Of a stretch of 64,000 bases of DNA, positions 1-12,997 are shown piece after piece. How positions within the stretch are numbered: the stretch's first letter is position 1; each line of letters begins with the position of its first letter. Source of the DNA: Blastocladiella emersonii ATCC 22665 (lineage: Eukaryota; Fungi; Blastocladiomycota). Position numbers and translations under genes: made by a program. The stretch is from positions 1,488,001 through 1,552,000 of the forward strand of contig JANHCV010000010.1 of the NCBI GenBank assembly GCA_025594325.1, read 5' to 3'. The notes under the pieces were generated by a model. The model did no database searches. It had not been told where the DNA came from and worked only from the letters and a program-made list of their open reading frames with translations.

Positions 1-700
1 CAGCCAGGTTATTCATATCAGCCCCGGAGAGTCGCAGACGCAGGTGGCCGAGGCTTTTCGTTCGGCTCCGAGCCCCTGGATGTGGCGCGTGGCTCAGCAG
101 GGCCTGGCCGGATCAGCGGTCCGATCACAGCCCCATGAGGCGGCGCCGCCAAAAGAAGGATCCTGAGACTTTGATCCGGGCTTCGACTGTTTTCGCAGCA
201 TGCGCTCACGGATGCGCCTGGGGCTGGCGCCACGAGAACACAAGCAACGCGACGGCGTATCTGGTGCTCCCGATGGCACGGATGCTGGTGCCCAGCTCGC
301 CGTACGCGCGGATCCGGAACAATCGACGCGGGCTGCCGTGGCGCTAGAGGGCAATGAGTGGGTCCGCATGCCCATGAAACGGTGTCGCGCATCAGGCCTG
401 GCATCACGCGTCGTGCTGCGCATGTCATGCGCGTGCAAACGTTCTTGGCCGCGTCCGTTTCTGGACTCGGTACAGAGCACGTCGTCGCTGAAGCGTTTTG
501 TAGGCCGAGGACGATAAAGAGGCCGCGCCGCCCGCCTCCAATCCTGGCAAGCATGGCACATCCTTAGAGAGCTGGCCTCTTCCATCCACAGCATCTAGAT
601 CGCCCGCCCGGAGCCCACCTGAGTCTTTCAACCCTCCTCGAACCTCCTACACTCCACCACCGCCTACATCTCTCGCACGCGCTGCTAGACCGTAGAAACC

Positions 701-2687
701 ATGGTTGCCACCACGAACCTCTCGCTCGCCCTCGTGGCCACGGCGACCCTCGCCCTCCTCGCCGCATCGGCCGCCGATCCTGTGCTCGCCACCTCGGCCG
801 CCAATGCCCGCGAGATCCCTCTCCCGATCCCCGAGGCCGAGTACATTCGCAAGCCCGCCAACCCCGCCGACGACAAGTTTGTCCTCCGCGCCCACGAGGT
901 ACGCTTATTCTCGAGCAACTACACCTGTAACACTACGAGACGCTGAACCAACGCACGCACACTCGCGATCGTAGAATGGCGAGTTCATGGGCAGCGCGCT
1001 CGGCGCGACCAAGGCCAAGCAGGCCATGAACATGATGCACCCGATGCCCGTCAAGCGCAACAGCTTCGCGCCCGTCATGACCGTCAAGGCCATGTACGGC
1101 GCCGAGGTGCCTTCGCGCGAGAACGTGTTCGGCAAGCCGGCCATGATGGTCGCGAGCTGCGACCTCAACACCAAGATGGCGTCCGTCAACCTCGACAACT
1201 TCCCGCAGATCACCAAGGTCGAGTGCTCGGCCGAGTCGGTGACGCTCACCTTCAACGACGCGGCGACGGCCGCGGCCGCCAGCGCCGAGTGGGCCAAGAC
1301 GCAGGGCAAGTGGGCCGTGATCGTCGGCGGCGAGTGGAAGTGCGACGGCGCCGAGGAGATTGCCACGCGCGAGGTCACGGCCGCGCCCAAGGCCGCCGCT
1401 GACGGCACCGGCAAGGTCGTCCTGGCCACCAAGAAGATGGCCGTCGAGGACGTGGTTGCCGATTTCTCGCTCAAGGTCGCGCAGCACGACATGCCGTCGT
1501 CGTCGGGCGCGAACCTCGCCCGCCGCGACCTCTCCAACTCGGTCAGCTGGGACCTCGCCGTCAACTGGGACAAGAAGAAGCGCAAGCCGCTGAAGCCGTT
1601 CATCTCGCTGCTCAACACGTCCGTGGCCGAGCTCGGCGCCGACATCTCGCTGCACGGCCGCGCGACGTTCAGCCTCGAGGCCACGGGCAGCATCACGTCG
1701 CTCAAGACGTACCGCGTTGCGCTGTCGGGCGACATTGGCGCCAACCTCGACCTGTTCCTGCGCGCGCACAAGGAGCACAAGGCCGACCTGTTCTCGGTCG
1801 AGGTTTTTGTCCTGCCGCTGACCCCGTTCTACATTCCCGGCATTTTCTCCATGTCGCCCGAGCTGCGCCTCAAGGCGGCCGCCACGTACGAGCTGGCGGC
1901 GTCGCTCAAGCTGTCGGCGGGCCTCGAGCTCAGCTACCCGTTCGTGTGGAGCGTCGAGTCCAAGACGGGCCTGTTCGGCAAGCCGATCGCCAAGGCCGAG
2001 GGCGACATGCGTCTCCGCCCGCACCCGCCGACGCTCTCGGGCCAGGTCAGCGCGGGCATCGCGGCGCACGTCATCCCCGCGTTCGGCGTGGGTCTCCGTT
2101 TCTGGCGCATCCCGATCTTTGACCTGGCGCTCGAGCTCGACTCGTCGCTCGGCATGACCATGTCGGCGGGCGGCAAGGCCGGTCTGGGGAACGACGGCAA
2201 GCCGGGCGCGTCGGGCGGCATCAACGTCGAGGTCGCGCACGAGCACTCGCTCGACTTCCACATCCGCTCGGTCATTGCCAACAAGGCCTTCAACATCTGG
2301 TCCTCGGGCAAGCAGCCGCTGCCCGCGCTCAGCTTCAAGCTCGGCGGCGACCCGAACCAGCGCATCGACGGCTCCCCGATCGCCCAGCCAACGGCCACGT
2401 CGACGGCGGGAGCCCCGCCTCGCTCGACGCCCATCAAGCCGGTGACGCGCGTCAACCGCAAACACCCCCTCTTCAACGGCGGCAAGTCCAAGCCCACGTC
2501 CGGCGCCCCGTCCACGGCCCCGTCCACGGCTACGGCCACCGCAGCGAAGCCCGCTCCGACCCCGAAGCGCGGCCACCGCGATTTCGTCGAGCCCGGCAAC
2601 AAGTCGAGCACGCGTGCGGACCGTGGGACTGCCCGCCCGAGCCCAAGTCCGACTCGCCGCCCGAAGCGTGGCGACGCGAACGTTTGA
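701..2687 (+). CDS. Secreted fungal protein, probably DUF7029/DUF7223-type beta-rich family, with a basic Pro/Thr-rich C-terminal tail
   Basis: ATG at 701 with a hydrophobic signal peptide (LSLALVATATLALLAASAA). Intron 899-974 (GTACGC...CGTAG) joins in frame to the 987-2687 ORF. Segments SVNLDNFPQITKVECSAESVTLTF..A..EW and PLTPFYIPGIFSMSPEL resemble DUF7029/DUF7223 (recognised from memory). Confidence 0.7.
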
Positions 2688-5600
2688 GCGTGGCCGCCGA
2701 CATCAGTCGGGCCTTTGCTGCTGTTGATTCTGATAGTTTAAATAGCATGTGTCTACTTGATCAGCCTCCCCTTCAGTCGAGACAAACCAGTTGAATGAGT
2801 GTGCTCAAAGGCGAGCTCCGAGTGGCACATCGATCAATCATCGAGCGAGCGATGGACACGGCAATTGGTCATCGGCCGCCATCTCTCATTCGAGTCGCAG
2901 ATGGCACCGCTAATGCTTGAAAATGGCGATGGCGTTGCGCGCAAAGCCTTGAACTCGACCTTACACAACGTCGTCGCGGGCGAGTCCTGCGCATAAGTAT
3001 GGCGTCGCAGCATTCGGACAGCGGGCGTAATGATCGGGCTGCTAAGCTCAGCAAACGCATGTCAGTAAGCTTTGCATACCGTGCGAACCGTACAAGTACT
3101 TTACGCACCGCCCGACCGAAAGCGCGTGGTTACTGCTCACGTGAGTGGCGCGGCGCGTAAAGTCTGGCGGCGCGGTCCCGTCTCGAGCGAGTGGAACTTG
3201 AGGTGCAGGGCCGTCGTAAGAGTGTATCATCTCAAGACAAGGCTCGAACATTGACTATTTCAATCTAATTGTGCGTGAATCACAATAGAAGCATCAACTT
3301 GGGTATTACCGGTAGCCGCGTCGAGCGGGCGTGATCAAAGCGGGTCGGGCCCATCGTTGAGCCTGTTCAGCGGACGGTCGGGCGGCGCCTGGAACGGCGC
3401 GGCAGAACTGGAATCCACGTCCTCGAGAACGTTGCGCAGGGCAGGTCATAGAGCTCCTCGTCAACTAGCTGTTCCCTTATCACGCTGGTTCCACACGTCG
3501 CGACACGAGCTCACAGGCGGAGACACTCGAGGCCATGTACTGACTGAGTGCTGAGCTTGAGCTGCTGCTGCGTCTACGCCGAGCGGCGTGCAGTGGGTGA
3601 GCGCGAGGCCAAGGTTACGAAGAAGCAAGAGACCACCGGCCGTCATCATTCAAATAAGTTGGCTGGCATCTGCCCTTGAAGCGACGCAACAAGTCGCTGC
3701 GACTGAAGCTGTGCGTGAGGAGGATTCATGGCGGCGGACGAGATTTGGGAGCGAAGTCACGAATCAGACGCCAGAATCGATGGCCTACTAATGTTGACGT
3801 CGGTTACCAGTCGATGCCATGTAGATCGAGAGCAACTGGTGTGCATCCAGCAGCAGCCCAGCACCAGCGTCACGGTCAGGGCCAGCAAGCTTGCACAGCT
3901 TACACACCGAGGTCGGCTGATACACCACTTCACGCATAATCCTCGCCTGATCCTAGCGCTCGCTCGGTTTCCGGCAGGCCTTGCGCCGAGCGTAGCACTC
4001 CGCGTCAGATCGGCCGCAAGGGAGCCAAGTCCGGGCCGGCAGGTGGTCGCCTAGCCCACAGGACAAGAATGCATCGAGTCCCCCATGACATGATACATGG
4101 CCTAGTTCGCGACAGAGTCTCAAGAGAACGGCAGCGACCATCACGGGCCGTCAGATGGCAAAAGCGGTCGCGTTGCGCCACCTGTTGCGCCACTTCTCGC
4201 CGCTCCCCGTTCATCGCCCCACGCTGCGCCCCCGCTCTCCCCCGACCCTCGCGATACGCAATGAATAGCTTGGCGAGATCATGTACAACTTGCAGCAACT
4301 GTTCAGTTAAGCTGCCGTCGGGACGGACTAGTCGTCGCGCGTGCTGAGCCTGGTGAGGCGCGCGCGTCGGTTGGTCATATTTACCTGATCTTCTTGGTCA
4401 AAATGGATCGTTGAGCTGTCTTCACCTCTTTCCTGAGACTTGCTGACGCGGCACGGTGGACTCAGTACCGCGTGATGTTCCTCGAAGCGGCACGTTCAAT
4501 TAGACTCTTCACTCGGACCTGCTTGGCTCTACCCGCACCCGTTGGATCGAGTATTTCATGAAACCTCCGAGACTTCTTGCCGTGCTGTCTCGTTCTACTT
4601 GAGCCATTGAATCGGGTTCCTGCCCATCAGCGAGACGCGCTGCGTCCACGGCGCCGGCCACGCGCAACGCCACTCCGTCAGAACTCTCACGCCGCCGCGC
4701 ATCCCGTCCGCGCTCCGTTGAACTGACCTCCTCGCGATGCAGCACATGAATAGGACGAGCCCACTTGATGCAATCCCTCGTCCTCGCCCTTTTCCCTCGA
4801 ATTCCATGGACGGCCGCACGTTCGGTCCCAGAACATGTTGCGTGTTGCTCGGCTTCTCAGGCGTAACCCCTGAGAAGCTCGTGGACCTCACGCCGAGCAA
4901 CTCTTCCTTGCACTTTACCCTCGATATTGGCCTCCCCGACGTCCTCTCGACGTCCTCTCGACGGTTTTTCACTGGCGAGGCGCTGTTCGGTGGCCTCGCA
5001 CCACCGGAGCGGCGCTGTGCGACTGTTGAACTAACGTCCAAGCGGCCGTTCTCGATCTCCGGCCAGTGGCGGTAACTTTGGGCAGGCCCGGCCTCACCGT
5101 TCGAGCACTTCCTCATGTCGACCCGAACTAGCCCTCAACGCCGTGCGTGACGGCTCAGCCTTGCGCCGAGCCGCATCACCGGGGTTTTTTGAGCAAGACT
5201 TGTTATGTAGGGCAGGCTCGTCTCCTGCGAGACCGGCGTTCGTTCCTCTCATCAAACTCGCGGATCGACGGCACCGGCGTGCTGGCTGCACGTGTGGCGG
5301 TCTCCCTGCTTGCGAAAAAAAAATGTCTCCAAACGCACACGTGATTTTCAGGTGAGCAAAGACGCGTCTCCCACTCTTCTGCGACACATTTTTGCGCGCG
5401 CTTCGGAGCGCGAGAGCGTTCCGCCGGAAGCGGTGCTCGGGCACCCAGCGAACGAGGCACACTTGGCGCAACGGATCCTTCATAATCGCGGGGCGGGCGC
5501 GTGCAGCGCCGGCCGCGCTCGCCCCGCCTCCCCGGCCCGGCCCGCGTACAAATCGCGCGCCCCGGTCCCGTCCCCGCTCTCTCGCTCTTCAGAACCCCGC

Positions 5601-7231
5601 AAGCCTTCCCTCACTACACTGCTCACTCATCCGCTCCCGCCCCATGCAACCCGATCCCAAGTGTACGACGACGACACTTCTTCTCGCGCATCTGCCGCCT
5701 GTCGCGGTCGCTCCGATCCACATCCCCACCCCATGCAACACACACACCTCGCTGCTCGCCGATCCACTGCACCGCGGGCTGCCGTTGTTGGTAGTAAGGA
5801 GTGTCGCCGACCCGGGGGCGGGCGGCTGACTTCCCCAACCCTTCGCTGAAGAGACGTTTGGTCTCGTCGCAGTCTGCTGGCACCGCTCCGGTCCCGCGTG
5901 CCCTGCGCGCGCGCGAGCAGTGCCATTCGGTGGAGGTGTGTGTGCAGCGCCTCGAGCCGTCCGTGACCAACTGCGCCCGGACTCGTACCCGACTGGGGGT
6001 GTCCGGGTTCTCGCCGTCAGTTGCGGCTCCGCGCATCGACGTGCACGCAGTTTTGTTGCGGGCGGCTGGACCATACGCGACCAGTCTCCGGTGCCTCGGC
6101 CCGCTTCCCCGCCGTGCTCATGATACACGCGCGTAAGCGGTTCGGGACTTGGCGCAAGGACGGTGCGGAGGTCGATGCGGGCGTTTGGTGGGTGGTGGTC
6201 GTCGAGCGACGCGGCGCGTGCGCGGTGCGTGGACAGGGGGGTGTCGTTCGACGTGGTCGCTCGCTTGCCGTGTGGGGTTCCACGGCGAGCGTCTGGGTCG
6301 GGTCATTTTTTTTGGAACAATGCTTGCGTTGCTACTTTATATGTGTCGCCCGGTCGTCTTCTCTCTCTCTCTAACAAGTCTCTCAGAACGGTTCGATCTG
6401 GTCTGGTTCGCGGTCTGGGTCTTCGTGACCATGGCCGCCGTCCCGCCTTGATGGCCATCGCGTGGCCGAGTCGCGCCCTTTCACCGCTCAAGTTCGGCTC
6501 TCCCGACTCTCACTCCCGCACGCTCATGGCCCTCACCACTTCTCAGATGCGACGTGACTCTGCCACGGGTAGAGCTTGGAGGCTCAAGCGCGAGACGCGG
6601 CGCGAGACGCGTTCAAGCATCACCTGACGCTGAGGCGAGGCAGTCCCTCCGCCGTGCTGCCCGCCGCTCCCCTCCTTCTCCTCCGACTCAACTCTCGACT
6701 GGTCTCCTCAACCACACTCACTCCCTGCAATGAAACGCTGCTTGATCGAAGATCGAGGCTGTCGTTGACCGGACGCGGCGGGGCCGGCTTGCGCCCACTC
6801 CGACCTACGACCTGCGCCAAGGTTCGGTGCTCCAACAGCCGCGCTGCTCTCGCCACGAACCATTTCTTCGTCGGTTCCACAAGCTTCCGCGGCACTAGCC
6901 ACTGTTGACCATCGCACTGCCTTGCCGCAACCTGGAGGAGCCCTTGAACATGTCGGCTTTCCGCGCCGCTGCTTGTCCCAAGGTTGCCGTTTGCGTCACG
7001 CAACTGTTACCATGCTCGTCTCGTCCTTCAAGTGCGACGCGTTGTGAAACCTCGCCATGTCACGAGAAGCGACCTGCGCGCCCGCATTGGTCGGTATATG
7101 CGACCTTCCTCGTTTGGCGAGCGATGCGGTGGGGCCGGCTTCTCACACACCGCAAAATCGAGAGCGGGTGTCCCCATCATCGCCGACCTCGTGCGCGCTC
7201 TCTCTCCCCGGACGAGTACTCGCACATCACC

Positions 7232-9113
7232 ATGCAGCAGTCTTGCAAAACTTCTTATGGCTCATCCCGGCGCTTTGCTCTTGCCGCGCTCCTCGCGGCG
7301 CTCATGGTCTTTCTAGCCCACGTCACGCTGCCCGCACACGCTCTCGTCACAACTCCAGCGGTCGTCTACTTTCCGAGTTTGAAGCGTGTGTACATCTTTG
7401 GCGGCGAGAACACGCCCGGCGGCGAGCCGCTAGCCACCGTCGTCTCCTACAATCTCAGCAAGCCTTTCTCCATCGACAAACCACCCGTCACCTCGCTACC
7501 CGCGCTTCCCGTGGCAGCCGCACGACTGATCCCGCTCGTGTACTCGGGTGCAAAGGACGGCGAGTACTTTGTCGAGCTCACGTCGGGCTGGTCCCGCCCG
7601 CCGGGCGTCGCCTCGGCGCCCAACCAGGCCGTTGTGCAGTACAGTGTCCCCGCGAACACGGTGCGCTTGCTCGATGCCAAGACCGACACGGACTATACCG
7701 GGTGTGCGAGGTCGGCCGCGGCGCTTCCCGTGCAGGAGTGGTTTGGGCCGACCATGCCGCCGTCCGAGTCGGACAACGCCATGTACTGTTTTGGCGGCCT
7801 GCTGGGCGTGAACGGGCCGGGCCTCACCACGCTGCGGATCCTCGGCGCCAACGGCAAGCTTCGCGTTCCGACGGACTCCAACGGCGGCCCGTCGGCGCGG
7901 AACGGCGGCGCCATGGTCCGCCTCAACGCGACGACCGCGATGCTGACGGGCGGATGGTCAGGCGGCGCCGAGGCGTGGCTGTTCGATATCGCGACGTCGA
8001 CGTGGTCCAGGTACCCGCACTCGCTCAATATCAGCCGGGCGCGGCACCAAATCATCGTGTACACTTTTCCGGACCAGAAGCGGCGCTATGCCATCAACGT
8101 CGGCGACGGCACGCCGTTCATCGAGTACTTTGAACTCACGAGCTCGGGTCCGGCGACCGTTGGCAAGATTATCAACGCGGGCCAAGGGCCGCTGTCGATT
8201 CGGTCGTTTGCGTCCGTGCTTGCTGGGAGTCAGATCCTCTTCTTTGGCGGAGTCGCGGTACGATCGCTCGGAAACGGAACGAATAAATCCGAACGCTGAC
8301 GACTCTCCCGTGTAGGAACCGAGCGACCAACTTGACCTGCACGTCCTCACCATCGTCCCGAACGACACTGGCCTCGAGTTCCAGTGGTCGCCGACCTTTA
8401 CCCCGCCGACCCCCGCCGAGCACGCTCAGGCGTACGGCTTCGCTGCGACCGCGAACGTGCCTGCGGCCCGATCACCCCAAGTGACCAATTCGGCTGGCCA
8501 CGTACCGGGTGAGCCGACTCTCATTCCACCTGATTCATCGTCGTTTCCAGTCGTTCCGCTCGTCCTCGGCGCCGCGGTGGCCGCGGTCCTCGGCGGTGCG
8601 TTTGTCGTTATCAAGCGGACCCGGGGCGGCCTGGCGTTCAAGCGACTCTCATCTCGCAACGTCTTTGGTCGCGGTAGCGCGAGTCCGTCGTTGCCAGTCG
8701 CTTCGATAGACGCGCCTCACGCGACCGCGTCGCTGGCTCCGCGCGCTGCTCCTCCGCGCGAGTCCTCGGCCGCGATGGTGGCCCGCGACCACTACTCGAA
8801 TCAGCTGGTCGGCGACGACGGCGCGAGCTTGCTTCTCCCTACCGTCCCGCTTGTGCCGCGCGGTACGACCCATGCTGGTCGACGGGACCAGTACGGCCAG
8901 TTCTTCCAGTACCTGCAGCAGATCCAGGCGACGGACGGCACGGTTGGCGAGCCAGCGGGCGACGAGCTTTACCTGCCCGGTTTCCGACCGATCGTGAGCG
9001 CCAACGTCGTCAGTGACAACGACAGCGGCCACGCGAGCGAGATCGGTGAAGAAGAGACATCCGCTGGCGACCGTCTTCAAAGACGCGAGCAGAAGCAGTC
9101 GAGCTTCAAGTGA
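7232..9113 (+). CDS. Type I membrane protein with extracellular Kelch-repeat beta-propeller
   Basis: ATG 7232 followed by a hydrophobic signal (FALAALLAALMVFLAHV). Kelch GG motifs (VYIFGGE, MYCFGGL, MLTGGW..WLFDIATSTW, ILFFGG). Intron 8258-8315 joins in frame to the 8457-9113 ORF, which has a TM helix (LVLGAAVAAVLGGAFVVI) followed by KRTR. Confidence 0.8.
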
Positions 9114-9543
9114 GCTCCAACATGTTCGCGTTTTTTGCTTTCATCCTGCTGTTTGAGCGTTTAAAGTCTGAACATTGGGCTCCGATCCATCACGCGCCGC
9201 GTGCCACGGTGTCAACGATTGCCTTCACCGAGTCGCGTCGCGTCCATGGCCGCCGCGTCACGTCAATGACCATCTCTGCTTCCTCACCCTTTCCGACTGG
9301 ACGAGCTTCATAAACATGAAGCGTTTTCGCATTTTTGGTTCTGGCTCTATTCCTTACGAAGTGTTTGAGCCCTATGGACTTGATGATTGAGCTGCGGGCC
9401 ATGCCGCGTCAAACACGGCCATTCCGACGTGTCCGTGGCCACCGCGTCGGGTCGATGGCCATCACCCCTCCCTCCTCACACGAACTCACACGAGCTTTAA
9501 TAACATAAAATATCTGTACACATTTACATGATCCGCTACAACA

Positions 9544-10296
9544 CTACGTCCCCGCGCCGTCGGGCATCCACATCCCCCTCGCCTCCGCAGCCCCACCGCC
9601 GACCTGCGGCGTCCGCGCGAGCTCGGCGGCGACCAAGTCCCCGCTGCCGCCGCCGAACAGCCCAAGCTGCAGCCCGAGCGCGCGCGCGAGCTTTGACGCG
9701 CGGTCGTCGGACGAGTCGCGCACATCGACTGCCGCGGGGGACGGTTTGGTCGGCGTTGCGGCGGAGGTGGAGGTGGTCCGCGGCCACTTCTTCTTTGGCG
9801 GCGTCGCGCCCGCCTCGGCCTCGGCCGTAGCAGGGACGCCGGCCGGTGGCGCCGACTCAACGGAGCGGAGCTGGCTGCGGTCCGCCGCTGTTGCATCCAA
9901 CGCAGACGGTGTGAGCGACGCAGCGCGACGGCGTTTTGTGGCGGGCTTGGTAGGGGTCACGGGCGCGTTAGCGGTGGTCACGGCCGGCGGCGGCAGGTCA
10001 GCGGGCGCCGACTTCTTAGCGCGCGGCGCACGGGGTTTCGTAGCGCGCTTCGGTTTCACGGGCGCCGGGACCGCGATCGGCTCGGGCTCGACTGCAGTGC
10101 CCGTGGCCGTCGTCGTCGCCTGCTGCTGGATCCCGGCAAAGAACGAGTCGAATTCGCTCGGGGCTGCGTGAATGTCGTCGAGCGACGTCACCAACGAGCT
10201 CGCGTTCGCGGCCGCCGCTGTCACAGTCCCAGGAGCGGTAGCGGCGGCGGTGAGGAAAGCAATAACAGGAGGGAACGGCCGCTGGATTTTGTTCAA
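9544..10296 (-). CDS. Low-complexity Ala/Pro/Thr/Lys-rich hypothetical protein (last exon, 5' end not determined)
   Basis: 250-codon ORF with coding-like codon use and basic KPKRATKPRAPRAKK and KRRR patches. No ATG at the ORF start; a pyrimidine tract plus CAG near 10220 suggests an acceptor; AT-rich 3' region near 9495-9530. Confidence 0.4.
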   Translation of the reverse strand: MNKIQRPFPPVIAFLTAAATAPGTVTAAAANASSLVTSLDDIHAAPSEFDSFFAGIQQQATTTATGTAVEPEPIAVPAPVKPKRATKPRAPRAKKSAPADLPPPAVTTANAPVTPTKPATKRRRAASLTPSALDATAADRSQLRSVESAPPAGVPATAEAEAGATPPKKKWPRTTSTSAATPTKPSPAAVDVRDSSDDRASKLARALGLQLGLFGGGSGDLVAAELARTPQVGGGAAEARGMWMPDGAGT

Positions 10297-11311
10297 GGTG
10301 TGAAACTCGTAGAGTCCACGTTTGTTATGCCGGCGCCTCGCGTACGACTATGGTCGGGATGTTTGCACCAGGGGAATGACGGCGCGGGCATCACACTGAC
10401 GTTATCACGCGGGAGCTCCACATTTTATAACTCCCGCATCGAAGACGAATGCCGTGAGCGAGCCGCGCTGTCAAGAATGGCCCATGTCCCGCTCGTTGCT
10501 CCATCCATCACCCAAGCGCGTCTTGACCTACCCTTGCAATCACAGATTCTCGACACGGATTCAGTTGCACAGGTCGCTTCACACGAGTTTTTCGCCGCTC
10601 AAGCTCGAAGTGAGGCTCCTCGATCACCCTGCTTTCTCCCTGCTGGGGGGCCGTCCGCGTGGGTGCCGTGAAAAGGCCGCGCCATTCCTGCGCGCGGTTC
10701 CCTAGGTCTAATTTTGCTGGCAGCGAGAAGCAGGGCAGGGCCGATCCTATGTGGCGGGCGTGGAGGGTGGTGGTGCAAGTCGTCGTCGTTGACTTCTCAT
10801 ACACACGCGGCCAGAGCTTGCCATGATCGGACTCTAAGAGAATGCGCTTGCGTTACCCACTCGCCGAGCCTTCCCGACTGGAAAGTGGTGAGGGGCCGTG
10901 GCACAGGATGCTCTGAGCGAGTACGACGCCCCCGCGCAGCAGGCCAAGTGTGACACAATAAGAGCGAGTTGCGAGAGCTGACATGAAGCCTTGTGCCTCG
11001 CACTACGAGACCCGGAACATCAAAACTTGAAACCATGTCGAGCCGAATGTCGTTTTTCGCGGACGACTCGCCTTCGCGCGCGAAAGCACGGGCAGAGCCT
11101 TTGAGTTTGGTCTTCAACTTGCCGTTGCGGGTACTTCCATCAGCTTAGCATTCTTGTGGAGCCGCATGTGCTAGGCAGGGTGGAGAGCGCGACGTGAAGG
11201 GCGAGTCCGGGTTTGAGCACTCGTGATGGATTTGACAGGCGCCCGAGCCGGACTGCCGAGGTGATTGCCGACGTCGGCGTCGCGGCGTCGGCGCTCCCTC
11301 AGTGTCGAACC

Positions 11312-12050
11312 ATGGGAGGAAAGAAAAAGACGAAAACTAATGGAACTTCCGGCAAGCGCCGCGGGGCCGCTGCAGCTGGGCATCTGGCTTCCGAGGAGCC
11401 CGCGGCCGAGACTGCGCAACAACAGCAGCATCAGCAGGAACAACAGTACTTCCCCCCGCCCTTGACTTGCCGCTCGCGCATCTGCGATGAAATGTCGGAC
11501 GCTTTCCGACCCTACTCCGTCGCTCCACCGCGGGATCTTTTAATGCTAGCTGAAATCCAGACCGCAACGAGCCGTTTGGTCGACGACAGCGTCGTTCAAG
11601 TGCTCTCACTTGGATGCGGAGACCTCCGCGACGTTGCCCGCACCGTGCACGATGCCTCCGCAAAAGCCTCCGTGTCCTCGATTCATTTCTTCCTTAACGA
11701 TATTCGTCCCGAGGTTCTTGCGCGCAACTTGCTCATATTGCATGCGGTCGTCGGACACGATTCGGACGAGCATGAAACTCTGACCCGCCACGTTGCGCAG
11801 CTCTGGTATTCGCTCCTTCTTGAGCCTGACTCTCGTGACTTTTGGGATGACCAGCTGCATGCTTGCCTCAACCGCGACTGGGCCGCTTCGCACACGTATT
11901 CACTTGACGTGTTTGGAACGCACACTCTGCACGCCGTGCGCCACTGCTGGTGGTCATGGCTCAACGTCGACTGTTCCGTCGAGACGCTCCTTGAGCATCG
12001 GTCGCGGTACCTCGCTTCGCACTGGGACCCGGCCGTTCGCGACGTGACGT
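11312..12050 (+). pseudogene. 5' fragment of a DUF4470-domain protein
   Basis: ATG 11312; motifs VLSLGCGDLRDV and FFLNDIRPEVLARNLLIL typical of DUF4470. The coding signal stops near 12050, where the frame runs into the antisense of another ORF. Confidence 0.7.
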
Positions 12051-12051
12051 A

Positions 12052-12995
12052 TCAGGCTGACGAGGACAGGCGGCTGCTGCGGCGCTGCTTGGGCTGCGCC
12101 TCGTGCTCGTCGTTGACAACGCACTCATTGTGCTCGTTGTTGACAACGCACTCCTTGTGCTCCTCCTTGGCGGCTGCGGCGGCGGTTGCCGCCGTGCGCT
12201 TCGTCGCATTGGCGGTAGACTTTGGGACACCAGCTTGGTCGTCACTGATGGCAGCGGGCGTGCACGCTGTGATCGCCGCGGTTGTCGGAGCCGCAGCTGC
12301 AGCCGCGTTGTCCATGTTGCACCCGACCGACACGGAGTTTGAGTCCAGCACCCCCACAACGATCTTGGTGATGCTGCCAATTGCGATAAACGGGTGCGTC
12401 CAAATGGGGTCCGCGCAGCTTGGGAAGCCGCCGTACTTCTTGGTGCTGGTGTTCTTGCCGCCAGCGATCTTGGTGTTGGCGGGCAAGTTGATGGCGGGCG
12501 ACACGACAGCGGGCGGCTGGATCGCGTGCTCCTGCGTCACGGGCGCCGCGGCAGGCGAGACGACGGCGGCTGAGATGTCGATGGGCTGCTGGATTGGGAG
12601 CTGCTGCGCCGCGGGTTCCGCGGCAATTGAGGCGGCGACCTGCTGCACACCATGACCAGCGGCGCCCAATGCGACGCCGTTTGCCGCGGCGCAGGCGGCC
12701 TGGTGCGCGGCGAGGTTGTTGACAAAGTTCTTGAGGCCGTTGCGCATGCACTCGTGGTACACCTCCGTGGCCTCATTGAGCTTGGCCCGCATGCCCTTCA
12801 TTGTGCGCGGCACGCCTGCCAAGGTGAAGGCCTTGTTGCTGGGGAAGCCCAGGTCGTCGTCGGATTCCAACAAGTCCGACGCGTTCACGTTGCAGAGAAA
12901 CCGCGGCCGCAGCAGTGCCATCAGCGTCCCGCAAGCCAGACCCGTGCTTGGCGTTGTTGGGGTCAGCGGCCCCGTGTACTTGGGCTCCTGCGGCT
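12052..12995 (-). pseudogene. Fragment of an unknown gene (helical segment plus Ala/Pro-rich tail), 5' end lost
   Basis: Minus frame is open from about 13023 to the TGA at 12052 with strong G/C-ending codon bias (KAFTLAGVPRTMKGMRAKLNEATEVYHECMRNGLKNFVNNL). It abuts the Rep fragment head-to-head with no promoter space. Short repeat EHKECVVNNEHNECVVNDEHE. Confidence 0.5.
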
Positions 12996-12997
12996 GG

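Noticed and set aside
933-2576. 547-aa minus-strand ORF
   Set aside because: Antisense shadow of the GC3-rich 701-2687 gene; Arg/Gly-rich with no motifs.
6905-7231. N-terminal extension of the Kelch protein
   Set aside because: Non-ATG start and no coding bias; the signal peptide follows ATG 7232.
10408-10437. gcgggag...ctcccgc inverted repeat as a possible Helitron 5' end or terminator
   Set aside because: A 7-bp stem with a 15-nt loop is expected by chance in GC-rich DNA, and it is unrelated to the 16.3-kb hairpin motif.
11213-12655. 480-aa ORF as a normal full-length DUF4470 gene
   Set aside because: The last 200 codons are the antisense of a strongly coding minus-strand fragment.
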